Positions 1 to 8,526 of a stretch of 64,000 nucleotides of DNA are shown in pieces. Every line of letters begins with the position of its first letter. Positions within the stretch are counted from its first letter, which is position 1. Origin of the DNA: an uncultured Anaerofilum sp. (GTDB taxonomy: Bacteria > Bacillota > Clostridia > Oscillospirales > Ruminococcaceae); the NCBI GenBank assembly GCA_944385935.1, contig CALWZC010000004.1, positions 75,426 to 139,425 on the forward strand. The letters are read 5' to 3'. The position numbers were made by a program, and so were the translations under genes. The notes under the pieces were generated by a model, which ran no database searches, was not told where the DNA came from, and was given only the letters and a program-made list of their open reading frames with translations.

Positions 1-161
1 CTACTAGAAAAGATTCCACCGTACTGGGCCATGCCACAAAAAAGGCTTTTTTCCATAGCTCTTTGGTGGTGGGAAGGTCTCCTTTTGGGGGATATTTTCC
101 CAAAAGGGCGGGGGCAGAAATAAACTTGCTTGCAACAGACATGGTATTTTTTCGCCTCCCC

Positions 162-635
162 TTACAGAACTACAAATCCATCCCATAAGGGCAAGGCAGA
201 CAAAATGGCGGCGCATTGCTCCAGACCTTCCTTATCTTCTGGAGAAAAGCGGTTTTTGATGGGGCTGTCAATATCCAATACCCCAACAACAGAGCCATTT
301 ACAACCAGTGGTACCACAATTTCACTTTCGCTGGCAGCGTCACAAGCAATATGCCCGGCAAAGGTATGTACATCTTCTACCACCACTGTGGAGCGGCTTT
401 GTGCTGCATGACCGCATACACCACGGCCAAAGGGAATTTGCAAGCAAGCAGGTTTTCCGCCAAAAGGCCCCAAAATAAGTTGTTCCCCCTTAGTAAGGTA
501 AAATCCTGCCCAGTTAATTTGGGGTAGGCTGTGGTAAAGCAATGCCGCAGCATTGGACAAAGCAGACACCAGAGAAGGGCAATTTTGGGTGAGCCCCTGT
601 AGCTGTTGGCATATCTCTTTGTAAGATGGTTCCAT
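162..635 (-). CDS. GAF-domain protein (free methionine-(R)-sulfoxide reductase-like)
   Basis: The ORF 162..701 was trimmed to the internal ATG at 635 (MEPSYKEICQQ...), which is preceded by AAGGAGG on the minus strand. The translation has a GAF-fold pattern (…GFYL…GPFGGKPAC…) typical of the YebR/fRMsr family. Confidence 0.65.
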   Translation of the reverse strand: MEPSYKEICQQLQGLTQNCPSLVSALSNAAALLYHSLPQINWAGFYLTKGEQLILGPFGGKPACLQIPFGRGVCGHAAQSRSTVVVEDVHTFAGHIACDAASESEIVVPLVVNGSVVGVLDIDSPIKNRFSPEDKEGLEQCAAILSALPLWDGFVVL

Positions 636-812
636 GATACAATTCCTCCTTAGGGATTTTTGCCAGTATAAAAATGCAAGGAATGGCAAAAATTCTTTCA
701 TAATTTTACAAATATATTACTTATAATACTATGTTTCCCATAAAGTGTAAAGAGCAGCCCCCACAGAATTCAATCTGGAAGAGCTGCCCCAAAATCTAAT
801 ATTTTTTATATT

Positions 813-1427
813 TCATTCAGAAAGAATGGTAATGGATTCAATGACAGGTTGTTGTTCGGCTGAAATGGTTCCATTGGAGTCCTCAGGTTGTGCATCTTTG
901 CAGATGGCATCCACAATGTCCATACCTTCTGTTACATGACCAAAGCCAGCATAGCTGCCGTCGAGATAGGTAGAATCCTGCTGCACAATGAAAAACTGGG
1001 AGCTAGCACTGTCCATATCTTGCGCACGAGCCATGGAAATGGTTCCACGAGTGTGAGAAATGGGGTTTTCTATTCCGTTTTTAGAAAATTCCCCCTGAAT
1101 GGTGCTATCAGAACCGCCAGTGCCATCGCCTTTTGGGTCGCCTCCTTGTATCATAAAACCGTCAATAATGCGATGGAAAGTTAGCCCATCATAAAAACCA
1201 TCTTTGGCAAGGGTTACAAAATTTGTTACTGAAATAGGGGCAGTGTCTGCATCCAGTTCCACCGAGATGGTGCCATAGTCTTTTACTACAATTTCAGCTT
1301 CATATTTTCCCGAAAGTAGGTCTTGTTGTTGGGAGGAAGAAGCAGAAGAGGAGGCAGACTGTCCACAAGCAGAACACACAGCACATATAACCACTGCCAT
1401 CAAAAAGCCAACGAATCTTTTCGCCAT
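813..1427 (-). CDS. ppiB: cyclophilin-type peptidyl-prolyl cis-trans isomerase, lipoprotein
   Basis: Cyclophilin motifs are present (FHRIIDGFMIQGGDP, GTISMARA). The start was placed at MAKRFVGFLMAVVICAVCSACGQ, which is a signal peptide with a lipobox cysteine. The N-terminal extension of the raw ORF is discarded. Confidence 0.8.
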   Translation of the reverse strand: MAKRFVGFLMAVVICAVCSACGQSASSSASSSQQQDLLSGKYEAEIVVKDYGTISVELDADTAPISVTNFVTLAKDGFYDGLTFHRIIDGFMIQGGDPKGDGTGGSDSTIQGEFSKNGIENPISHTRGTISMARAQDMDSASSQFFIVQQDSTYLDGSYAGFGHVTEGMDIVDAICKDAQPEDSNGTISAEQQPVIESITILSE

Positions 1428-1577
1428 ATACAACCTCACTTTTATACTAGGGCAAAATTGCCCGAATTTGTTTTCCAGTATACCATTCTTATGGGCAGGG
1501 TGCAACGTGTTAAAATACAAAGAATTTGACACAACTGTACCAGCTAGATATACTTAGGGCAATTATTTTATAAGAAA

Positions 1578-2186
1578 ATGGGGGATTGTGTGAAACGTAC
1601 TAGCACTACCAAAAAACGGATTGTCACTGCTGCATGGAAGCTGTTTTATGAACAGGGGTATGACAACACCACAGTAGAGGAAATTATTTTTGAATCGGGA
1701 ACCTCAAAGGGTTCTTTTTATCATTATTTTGAGGGAAAGGACGCCTTGCTTAGTTCTCTATCCTATTTGTTCGATGAAAAATATGAGGAGCTGGTACATC
1801 AGCTCACACCAGAACAAGATGCTTATGAAAAATTGATTTTTTTAAATCGCAATTTATTTGAAATGATTGACAATGGAATTTCACCAGAGCTGTTGACCCG
1901 ATTGTATTCCACCCAGCTTACCACAAGGGGAGAAAAACACCTATTGAACCGCAGCCGATTCTATTACAAGTTGCTGCATAAAATTATGTTGGAAGGGCAA
2001 CAGGCAGACCAGTTGTGTCATGATATGACAGTGGGGGAATTGGTAAAATATTATGCCATGTGTGAAAGGGCATTGATTTATGAATGGTGTATGATAGGTG
2101 GAGAATATTCCTTGAGAGAATATTCGGCAAAAATTTTACCTAAAATGCTCCAAAGTATCCGTAGCCCACAATCAAATATTGAATAA
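1578..2186 (+). CDS. TetR/AcrR family transcriptional regulator
   Basis: The N-terminal HTH (IVTAAWKLFYEQGYDNTTVEEIIFESGTSKGSFYHYF) is a typical TetR_N domain, and the size is about 200 aa. Confidence 0.8.
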   Translation: MGDCVKRTSTTKKRIVTAAWKLFYEQGYDNTTVEEIIFESGTSKGSFYHYFEGKDALLSSLSYLFDEKYEELVHQLTPEQDAYEKLIFLNRNLFEMIDNGISPELLTRLYSTQLTTRGEKHLLNRSRFYYKLLHKIMLEGQQADQLCHDMTVGELVKYYAMCERALIYEWCMIGGEYSLREYSAKILPKMLQSIRSPQSNIE

Positions 2187-2412
2187 AAAATTTTTGTCTG
2201 TATTATTATCTGATAGTTTCTCTAAAAAGAGTATAGAAATAAAAAACGTATTATCAATAAAAAACTGTAATTATTGCAAAAATGAACAGAATATAGTCTA
2301 TACTTTGTTCTGTATTGTAGTCTAATTTTGCTTATGATATGATACCCCCAATACAAGCAAAGCAGCAGAAAGACAGCAATGGAACTGTTGCCGAGAATAG
2401 GGGGAATTTGCT

Positions 2413-3951
2413 ATGACCAGTGAGCACATTATCATGAGTATCACAATTTTGGTTTACTTGGCAGGAATGTTATGGGTGGGGGTACTTTGCTCCAAACAGA
2501 ACAAAGATACCACAGATTTTTATTTAGGAGGAAGAAAGCTAGGGCCTTTGGTAACTGCTATGAGTGCAGAGGCCTCAGATATGAGTTCTTGGCTGCTAAT
2601 GGGATTGCCGGGATTGGCCTACCTAACAGGGGTGGCAGATGCTGGATGGACTGCCATTGGTCTTGCCATTGGAACCTATATCAACTGGTTCCTGGTGGCA
2701 AAACGGTTGCGGGTGTATACGCATATTGCAGGAAATGCCATCACCTTGCCGGATTTTTTCCACAACCGCTATCGGGATAAAAGCCGGTTGTTGATGTTGT
2801 TTTCCAGCTTAATGATAGTGTTGTTTTTTATTCCATACACAGCTTCAGGGTTTGCTGCTTGTGGCAAGTTGTTTTCTTCTCTATTTGGTGTGGACTACAC
2901 AACAGCTATGGTGGTTAGTGCCATAGTAATTGTGGGATACACAGCAACAGGTGGTTTTTTGGCAGCCTCCACCACCGATTTTATTCAGTCCTTAGTGATG
3001 TCGGTAGCCTTAGTTTTGGTGTTGCTGTTTGGAGTACACACAGCAGGGGGATGGTCTGTTGTAATGGAACGTGCAGCACAACTTCCCGGTTATTTGGGAA
3101 TGTTCCAAACCCATCAGCCAGAAACAGGCACCGCTGTGGCATATCCCGCTTTGAGTATGTTTTCTACCATTGCATGGGGACTAGGATATTTTGGAATGCC
3201 TCACATTTTATTGCGGTTTATGGCCATTGAGGACAAAGAAAAACTAACATTGTCCCGCCGCATTGCGACCATCTGGGTGGTAATTTCCTTGGCAGTGGGT
3301 GTGACCATTGGCATTGTGGGCATGGCTATGACAAAAACAGGTGTGTTGCCTGTGTTACAAGGAGCCTCTAGCGAAACAATTTTGGTGGTAATTGCGGATT
3401 TAATGAGTAAAAATGGATGGTTACTGGCGATTTTTGCAGGACTAATTTTAGCTGGAATCCTTGCCTCTACCATGTCCACAGCAGATTCTCAGCTATTGGC
3501 AGCCTCTAGTTCTGTTTCGCAAAACCTTTTGCAAGGAGTATTTCAGGTTCCCATCAACAAAAAAGCAGAAATGCTTTGTGCAAGAGGAACTTTAATTGCT
3601 ATTGCATTGTTGGGAATGTGGATTGCAAAAGACCCCAATAGCTCTATTTTTGGTATCGTTTCTTTTGCGTGGGCTGGTTTTGGTGCTTGTTTTGGCCCTG
3701 TCGTTATTATGGCTCTATTTTGGAAACGTTCCAACCGATGGGGGGCTTTGGCAGGAATGCTGGTGGGAGGAACTATGGTATTTGTGTGGAAATACCTTGT
3801 AATACCTTTGGGAGGTTTTTGGAATATTTATGAGCTTCTGCCGGCCTTTGTAGCTGCTTGCGTGGCTATCGTAGTAGTAAGCCTGTTGACAGCTCCACCG
3901 GAGAAAGAAATCTGCGTGGAATTTGACAAAGTTTGCAAAGAATGCCGCTGA
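2413..3951 (+). CDS. putP: sodium:proline symporter (SSS family)
   Basis: This is a 512-aa polytopic membrane protein. It carries SSS/PutP signatures (FYLGGRKLGP, GLPGLAY, GYLGMFQ…). Confidence 0.85.
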   Translation: MTSEHIIMSITILVYLAGMLWVGVLCSKQNKDTTDFYLGGRKLGPLVTAMSAEASDMSSWLLMGLPGLAYLTGVADAGWTAIGLAIGTYINWFLVAKRLRVYTHIAGNAITLPDFFHNRYRDKSRLLMLFSSLMIVLFFIPYTASGFAACGKLFSSLFGVDYTTAMVVSAIVIVGYTATGGFLAASTTDFIQSLVMSVALVLVLLFGVHTAGGWSVVMERAAQLPGYLGMFQTHQPETGTAVAYPALSMFSTIAWGLGYFGMPHILLRFMAIEDKEKLTLSRRIATIWVVISLAVGVTIGIVGMAMTKTGVLPVLQGASSETILVVIADLMSKNGWLLAIFAGLILAGILASTMSTADSQLLAASSSVSQNLLQGVFQVPINKKAEMLCARGTLIAIALLGMWIAKDPNSSIFGIVSFAWAGFGACFGPVVIMALFWKRSNRWGALAGMLVGGTMVFVWKYLVIPLGGFWNIYELLPAFVAACVAIVVVSLLTAPPEKEICVEFDKVCKECR

Positions 3952-3961
3952 AAAGTGCCAA

Positions 3962-4010
3962 AAAACTCTGGATTTTGAGCTAAATTGACATCAAAGTCCA
4001 GAGTTTTTTG
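3962..4010 (+). terminator. rho-independent terminator after putP
   Basis: Stem AACTCTGGA (3965-3973) pairs with TCCAGAGTT (3996-4004) and is followed by TTTTTT. An A-run lies upstream, so it may act in both directions. Confidence 0.7.
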
Positions 4011-4308
4011 TTGAATTTTTCATGAATAAATTATTAAATTTTACAAAAAATGGTACAAAATATTCCAAAAACACCAAAAATATACATGCAAAATGATATT
4101 TTTCTCACAAATAAAGGGGCAATTTGCGGGTTTGCGTGGAATTTCGTGTATTGAAGGCACAGTGGAATCTATCGTATAATGATGATGTTCCGAAATGCAA
4201 AGGAATAGTAAAAACTACACTACACCATGCAAGGTTGTATTTGTGGAAAAAGATGGATTTGCCTGCATGATGTAGAGATACTGTGTAAGAGTGGGCGGAG
4301 GATTTTTT

Positions 4309-4584
4309 ATGGAAACAAATTGCACTTTGATGTTGGAGAAAAGCTTTTCTCAGTTGGGCAAACTGCAAGACGAAATGCAGTTGCAGTACGCCATGAGTGT
4401 GCAACCCAATGGTGTAGAGTTTTGCGTTAGAAAAATACAAAACCACAACCAACAGTGGGAAAATAGCATGGTGGATGGATTGTCTTCAGAACAAGGAGAA
4501 CTGATTATAAACTTTATGCACCAAAATGCAGTTCCCTTTGAAAACTGGAGAGATATTCTGGAAGATTTGTTGTGCATTGTATAA
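4309..4584 (+). CDS. hypothetical 91-aa protein upstream of the spo0A-like regulator
   Basis: GGAGGA lies 7 nt upstream of ATG 4309. The composition is protein-like, and the overlapping antisense ORFs look spurious. No family was recognised. Confidence 0.35.
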   Translation: METNCTLMLEKSFSQLGKLQDEMQLQYAMSVQPNGVEFCVRKIQNHNQQWENSMVDGLSSEQGELIINFMHQNAVPFENWRDILEDLLCIV

Positions 4585-4725
4585 GGCAGCGGACCGGACT
4601 TTGAAAAAGGGCAACAGTAATATGTTTTGTCAGCAAGGGCTGCCCGTTTGGGTGGCTCTTTTTGCGTAGTAGCTCTTATGGGGCTGCTGGTGTAAAATGC
4701 CCATAGTAAAGGAGAGTAGAGTTTC

Positions 4726-5505
4726 ATGGCACAGGGCATTCGGGTACTTTTGGTGGAAGATAATTTGAATTTGGCAACTTTACAAGCACAAATGCTGAAA
4801 CTTCAACCCGAAAATTATCAGGTGCAGATAGCCTATACAGGGCAACAGGCAAAAGCTGCCTTGCAAGACTCTCTGCCAGATATTATTTTACTGGATTTAA
4901 CATTGCCTGCGCCAGATGGTCTTTCAATTTTGCGTTGGATGCAAACTCAGAAAAAGCCCATGCCACCAGTGATTGTCACTACCAGTTGCACCGAGGAAAG
5001 TGTTCAATGGGAGGCGTTGCGGCTGGGAGCAAAATATTTTATGATTAAGCCTTATCATTTGGATGATTTGTTAGGAAATATCCGAATGTTGCTACGAAAA
5101 CCTGCCAATGGATTTTTTGAATCTGGTATTCATCCAGAGAAAGTAGAATATCTACACCGTGTCAAAATGCTATTAAACCAGATGACCAGCCAAGTGGAAA
5201 GTGAAGGTTATCGCTATGTGTTGATGGCTATGGATAATTATTTTGACCATGGCAGACAGGGAATTTCCATCAAGGCATTAAGTGAAAAGGCAGGGCAACC
5301 TATAAACAACACCGGTGGAAATAATCTTATTGAGGCGGCAATTTATCGTTTGGTCTATCAAATTTGGAGAAAAAACTCTCCTGCATACCAACAGCTTTGC
5401 AGTTTTTGTGGATTGCCCAACGGAAGCCGAATGCCTGTCCGAAGATTTTTGTCTGCACTGGCACAGGTGGCACAAAGAGAACACACTTTGCCAAAGGAGA
5501 GGTAA
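4726..5505 (+). CDS. Spo0A-family response regulator (CheY-like receiver plus Spo0A_C-type DNA-binding domain, divergent)
   Basis: The receiver has the conserved E/D pair (VEDN), the phospho-acceptor Asp (ILLDLTLP), Thr (VTTS) and Lys (IKPY). The C-terminal half aligns to the Spo0A effector domain (…EGYRYVLMAM…, …LIEAAIYRLVYQIWRKN…, …LCSFCGLPN…), but the canonical recognition helix is not conserved. AAAGGAGAG lies 9 nt upstream of ATG 4726. Confidence 0.75.
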   Translation: MAQGIRVLLVEDNLNLATLQAQMLKLQPENYQVQIAYTGQQAKAALQDSLPDIILLDLTLPAPDGLSILRWMQTQKKPMPPVIVTTSCTEESVQWEALRLGAKYFMIKPYHLDDLLGNIRMLLRKPANGFFESGIHPEKVEYLHRVKMLLNQMTSQVESEGYRYVLMAMDNYFDHGRQGISIKALSEKAGQPINNTGGNNLIEAAIYRLVYQIWRKNSPAYQQLCSFCGLPNGSRMPVRRFLSALAQVAQREHTLPKER

Positions 5506-5506
5506 A

Positions 5507-6301
5507 ATGAAGGCTGAGCAAAACAAAGAATTGTACCATCAAATGAAAATGGTGACTGCTGTTGCCTATGACCTGCGAGACCCTGCAACGGTAATTTTAA
5601 TGGCCAAAGATGCTCTGGAAAAGTTGGTCATTGCCCAGCTGCCAGAGAAGGATCAAAAAAAGGCACAGGGGCCTTTGCGATATATCGAAAAAAGTGTAAA
5701 CCGATTGGAAAGAATCAGCATGAATCTGTTGGATATTTCCCGCAGTTCCACAGGAGAACTAAAACCCCACTGGGAGTCGGTTTGTATTTCAGCAGCATGT
5801 AAAGAACTATGTGAAGAAGCCAGAGCTATGCGCCAAGGGAAAAATATTGTTTGCAGTGTTCCAAAACATCCTGTTGTTATACAAACAGATTGCTATTTTT
5901 TTGACCGCATTTTACTAAATCTCCTTAGCAATGCTATGACAGCTTGTCCAGAGGGCAAAATTTGGGTGGAATTGAAGGAATACTCCAATGAAGTGGTTTT
6001 AGTGGTAAAGGACAGCGGGCCGGGCTTGGATGCCCACCGCTTGCAAAGCCCTTTTGCACCAGTCTACCGCACCGAGGATTCTTCCATGCGTTTGGGGCTG
6101 TATATTTCAGATTTGTTGGCAAAGCAAATGTACGCAACCCTTAGCGCAGAAAATATGCCTAAAGGTGGAGCAAGGTTTGTGTTACGTATTCCTGTGGAAG
6201 AGCAAGGTGGACAACAAGCCTTTTGTGCTCCTGTTCGACAGGAACAACAAACCCGAAAGCGATATGTTGAAGCAGAGTTTTCTCTATTTGACCCAATGTA
6301 A
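5507..6301 (+). CDS. cytoplasmic histidine-kinase-like protein whose H-box His codon is TAT (Tyr); possible pseudokinase or phosphatase
   Basis: The start is ATG 5507, 1 nt after the spo0A-like stop (TAA 5503-5505), with AAGGAGAGG as RBS. The DHp motif reads VAYDLRDPATV where HisKA has H-E-L-R-T-P. The N-box (LLNLLSNAMTA), G1 (VKDSGPGLD) and G2 (GLGLYISDLLAK) are present. There are no TM segments. Confidence 0.7.
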   Translation: MKAEQNKELYHQMKMVTAVAYDLRDPATVILMAKDALEKLVIAQLPEKDQKKAQGPLRYIEKSVNRLERISMNLLDISRSSTGELKPHWESVCISAACKELCEEARAMRQGKNIVCSVPKHPVVIQTDCYFFDRILLNLLSNAMTACPEGKIWVELKEYSNEVVLVVKDSGPGLDAHRLQSPFAPVYRTEDSSMRLGLYISDLLAKQMYATLSAENMPKGGARFVLRIPVEEQGGQQAFCAPVRQEQQTRKRYVEAEFSLFDPM

Positions 6302-6339
6302 GGGTAAAGTCAGCAAAATATATCTTTTTCAAAAAGCCT

Positions 6340-6386
6340 TTGCCAGTAGTTTTGGTACAAGGGCTTTTTGCGGTTGTCGTAATTCC
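6340..6386 (+). terminator. possible terminator after the kinase-like gene
   Basis: CAAAAAGCCTTTG pairs with CAAGGGCTTTTTG with one mismatch, and a T-run follows. Confidence 0.4.
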
Positions 6387-6476
6387 TGCATACAGTACCT
6401 TGTAAAACCATCAGGATTGTAGTATACTAAAACAGTATAGTCCAAATACACACAGGAATTTTATGAGGTATACAGA

Positions 6477-7859
6477 TTGAACCGGATTGATTTTACACAC
6501 AATACACAAGCGGCAGAGGTAATTGCTGCCCATTACGACAGCCCACCTTTGGCCTTTGTCCATTCTTATGGCTGTCAGCAAAATGTAAACGATGGAGAAA
6601 AAATCAAAGGTGTGCTGGTGGATGCTGGTTACGGCCTTTGTGACAAGTTTGAGGATGCAGACCTGATTTTGTTTAATACCTGCGCTGTGCGAGAGCATGC
6701 TGAGGAGCGTGTTTTTGGCAATGTGGGAGCACTCAAACAGCTAAAAGCTAAAAATCCCCGTCTGATTATTGGCATTTGTGGTTGCATGACCCAACAAGAA
6801 GGCGTGGTAGAGCGTTTGCGCAAAAGCTACCCCTTTGTAGATTTGGTCTTTGGGGTAAATGGCATTGACACACTGCCCCAACTGTTGGCGGAGAAAATGG
6901 GGGCAGGAAAGCGACTGCTAAAAACCCCAACCCAGCGATATGATGTGGTAGAGCAGATTCCCATTCAACGAGATTCTACCTTCCGAGCATGGTTGCCTAT
7001 CATGTATGGATGTGACAACTTTTGCTCTTACTGTATTGTTCCCTATGTACGAGGCAGAGAGCGCAGCCGGAAGAGCCAAGATATTTTGGCAGAGTTTCGC
7101 CAGCTGATAGAGCAGGGATACAAGGAAATTACCCTTTTGGGGCAAAATGTAAACTCTTACGGAAAAGGATTGGAGGAAACAATAGACTTTGCCGACCTGC
7201 TGGAGCAGCTCTGCCAGCAACCGGGGGATTACCATATCCGCTTTATGACCAGCCATCCTAAGGATGCTACCAAAAAGCTCATTGACACTATGGCAAAATA
7301 TCCCCAGCTTTGCAATCATCTGCATTTGCCAGTGCAAAGCGGCAGCAACCGAATCCTAAAGGAAATGAACCGCCACTATACTGTGGAGCAGTATATGGAG
7401 CTAATCAACTATGCAAAGGAGAAAATTCCTGGCATTACCTTCTCCAGTGATATTATTGTAGGATTTCCCGGGGAAACGGAAGAGGAATTTGAACAAACAC
7501 TAGACCTTATTTCCAAAGTGGAATATATGCAGTTGTTTACCTTCATTTATTCCAAAAGAACCGGAACCCGTGCCGCAGAAATGCCCGACCCCTTTACCCA
7601 CAAAGATAAAACCAACCGAATGGCAAGACTGTTGAAAACACAGGAGGAGATTGCCAGCCGTTTGGCAAAGGGAATGATAGGCAAGCAATGCCGTGTGCTG
7701 GTGGAGGGACATTCCCGACAACCGGGTACCCTTGCAGGTAGATTGGATAACAATCTTGTAGTGGAATTTGCAGGGGATGCTGCTCTCATTGGTAGCTATA
7801 CTACTGTAAACATTGAAGATGCTCGTGTAACCATGCTGAAAGGCAGCTTGCAAGCTTGA
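6477..7859 (+). CDS. miaB: tRNA-i6A37 methylthiotransferase MiaB
   Basis: An MTTase N-terminal domain (YGCQQNVNDGE) is followed by a radical SAM CxxxCxxC (CSYCIVPYVRG) and a TRAM C-terminus. The start codon is TTG. Confidence 0.9.
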   Translation: MNRIDFTHNTQAAEVIAAHYDSPPLAFVHSYGCQQNVNDGEKIKGVLVDAGYGLCDKFEDADLILFNTCAVREHAEERVFGNVGALKQLKAKNPRLIIGICGCMTQQEGVVERLRKSYPFVDLVFGVNGIDTLPQLLAEKMGAGKRLLKTPTQRYDVVEQIPIQRDSTFRAWLPIMYGCDNFCSYCIVPYVRGRERSRKSQDILAEFRQLIEQGYKEITLLGQNVNSYGKGLEETIDFADLLEQLCQQPGDYHIRFMTSHPKDATKKLIDTMAKYPQLCNHLHLPVQSGSNRILKEMNRHYTVEQYMELINYAKEKIPGITFSSDIIVGFPGETEEEFEQTLDLISKVEYMQLFTFIYSKRTGTRAAEMPDPFTHKDKTNRMARLLKTQEEIASRLAKGMIGKQCRVLVEGHSRQPGTLAGRLDNNLVVEFAGDAALIGSYTTVNIEDARVTMLKGSLQA

Positions 7860-7966
7860 TAAATTGGATTTTGCTGGTACAAATTTGTACTTTCAAAATA
7901 AATACTTTTCCGCTTTTAAAAAACGGAAAGAATCCCTTCAAATAAAAGCAAAAGGAGATATACAAA

Positions 7967-8374
7967 ATGGATTGCATTGAACTGTTTAAAAAAGCCGCTG
8001 CCGCTATGCAGGCAGACCCTCGCTGTGTAGCTTTGAACACCACACAAAAAGCCTGCGACGAAGATGAAACCTTGCAGGATTTAATTGGTCAGTTTAACCT
8101 TGCTCGTATCGACATGAACGAGGAAGTGGGCAAACCAGAGCGCAACAACCAGCGCATTGCTGAGCTCAACGAGAAGGTTGGCAAAATCTACAACGAAATT
8201 ATGGAAAATCCCAAAATGGTAGCATACAACGAAGCTAAAAAAGAGGTTGAAGGTATGATTAACCATATCAATGCCATTGTAAACACCGCTGTAGAGGGTG
8301 GCGACCCCATGCTGGTGGAGCAACCTGCTGAGGCTTGCACTGGAAGCTGCTCCAGTTGCAGCGGATGCCATTAA
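7967..8374 (+). CDS. ymcA: YlbF/YmcA-family regulator (RicA-like) with C-terminal Cys cluster
   Basis: The coiled-coil architecture is YheA/YmcA/YlbF-like. Its position between miaB and mutS matches B. subtilis ymcB-ymcA-(cotE)-mutS synteny. The protein ends CTGSCSSCSGCH. The RBS is AAAGGAGA. Confidence 0.65.
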   Translation: MDCIELFKKAAAAMQADPRCVALNTTQKACDEDETLQDLIGQFNLARIDMNEEVGKPERNNQRIAELNEKVGKIYNEIMENPKMVAYNEAKKEVEGMINHINAIVNTAVEGGDPMLVEQPAEACTGSCSSCSGCH

Positions 8375-8406
8375 AAGCAACCAGCAAGCCCATTGCACAC
8401 CGACCG

Positions 8407-8446
8407 GCACCATTTCCGGTCGGTGTGCCTTTTTGCAAGATTGGGT
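8407..8446 (+). terminator. rho-independent terminator after ymcA-like gene
   Basis: CACCGACCGG (8407-8416) pairs with CCGGTCGGTG (8426-8435) and is followed by TGCCTTTTTGC. Confidence 0.8.
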
Positions 8447-8526
8447 TTGTGCTGTGGAATACCCGAAGGATAAACCCAATTTTACAAGGATACTGTTGAA
8501 GATGATATACAAGGAGGCGACTTTCA

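Noticed and set aside
83-111. Inverted repeat CCTTTTGGG…CCCAAAAGG at the window start, downstream of the minus-strand GAF gene
   Set aside because: There is no U-tract on either strand and the stem is AT-rich, so it is not a convincing terminator.
4105-4739. Minus-strand ORFs 4105..4452 and 4350..4739
   Set aside because: They have no RBS, a non-protein-like composition and overlap the better-supported plus-strand ORF, so they are probably spurious.
5315-6301. 328-aa ORF overlapping the 3' third of the spo0A-like gene in another frame
   Set aside because: The N-terminal 64 codons have no support. A strong RBS and an ATG at 5507 immediately after the regulator stop define the real start.
7860-7966. 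Short hairpin TTTCCG…CGGAAA after miaB
   Set aside because: The stem is only 6 bp with a bulge, so the call is weak. It may still contribute to termination but was not listed as a feature.
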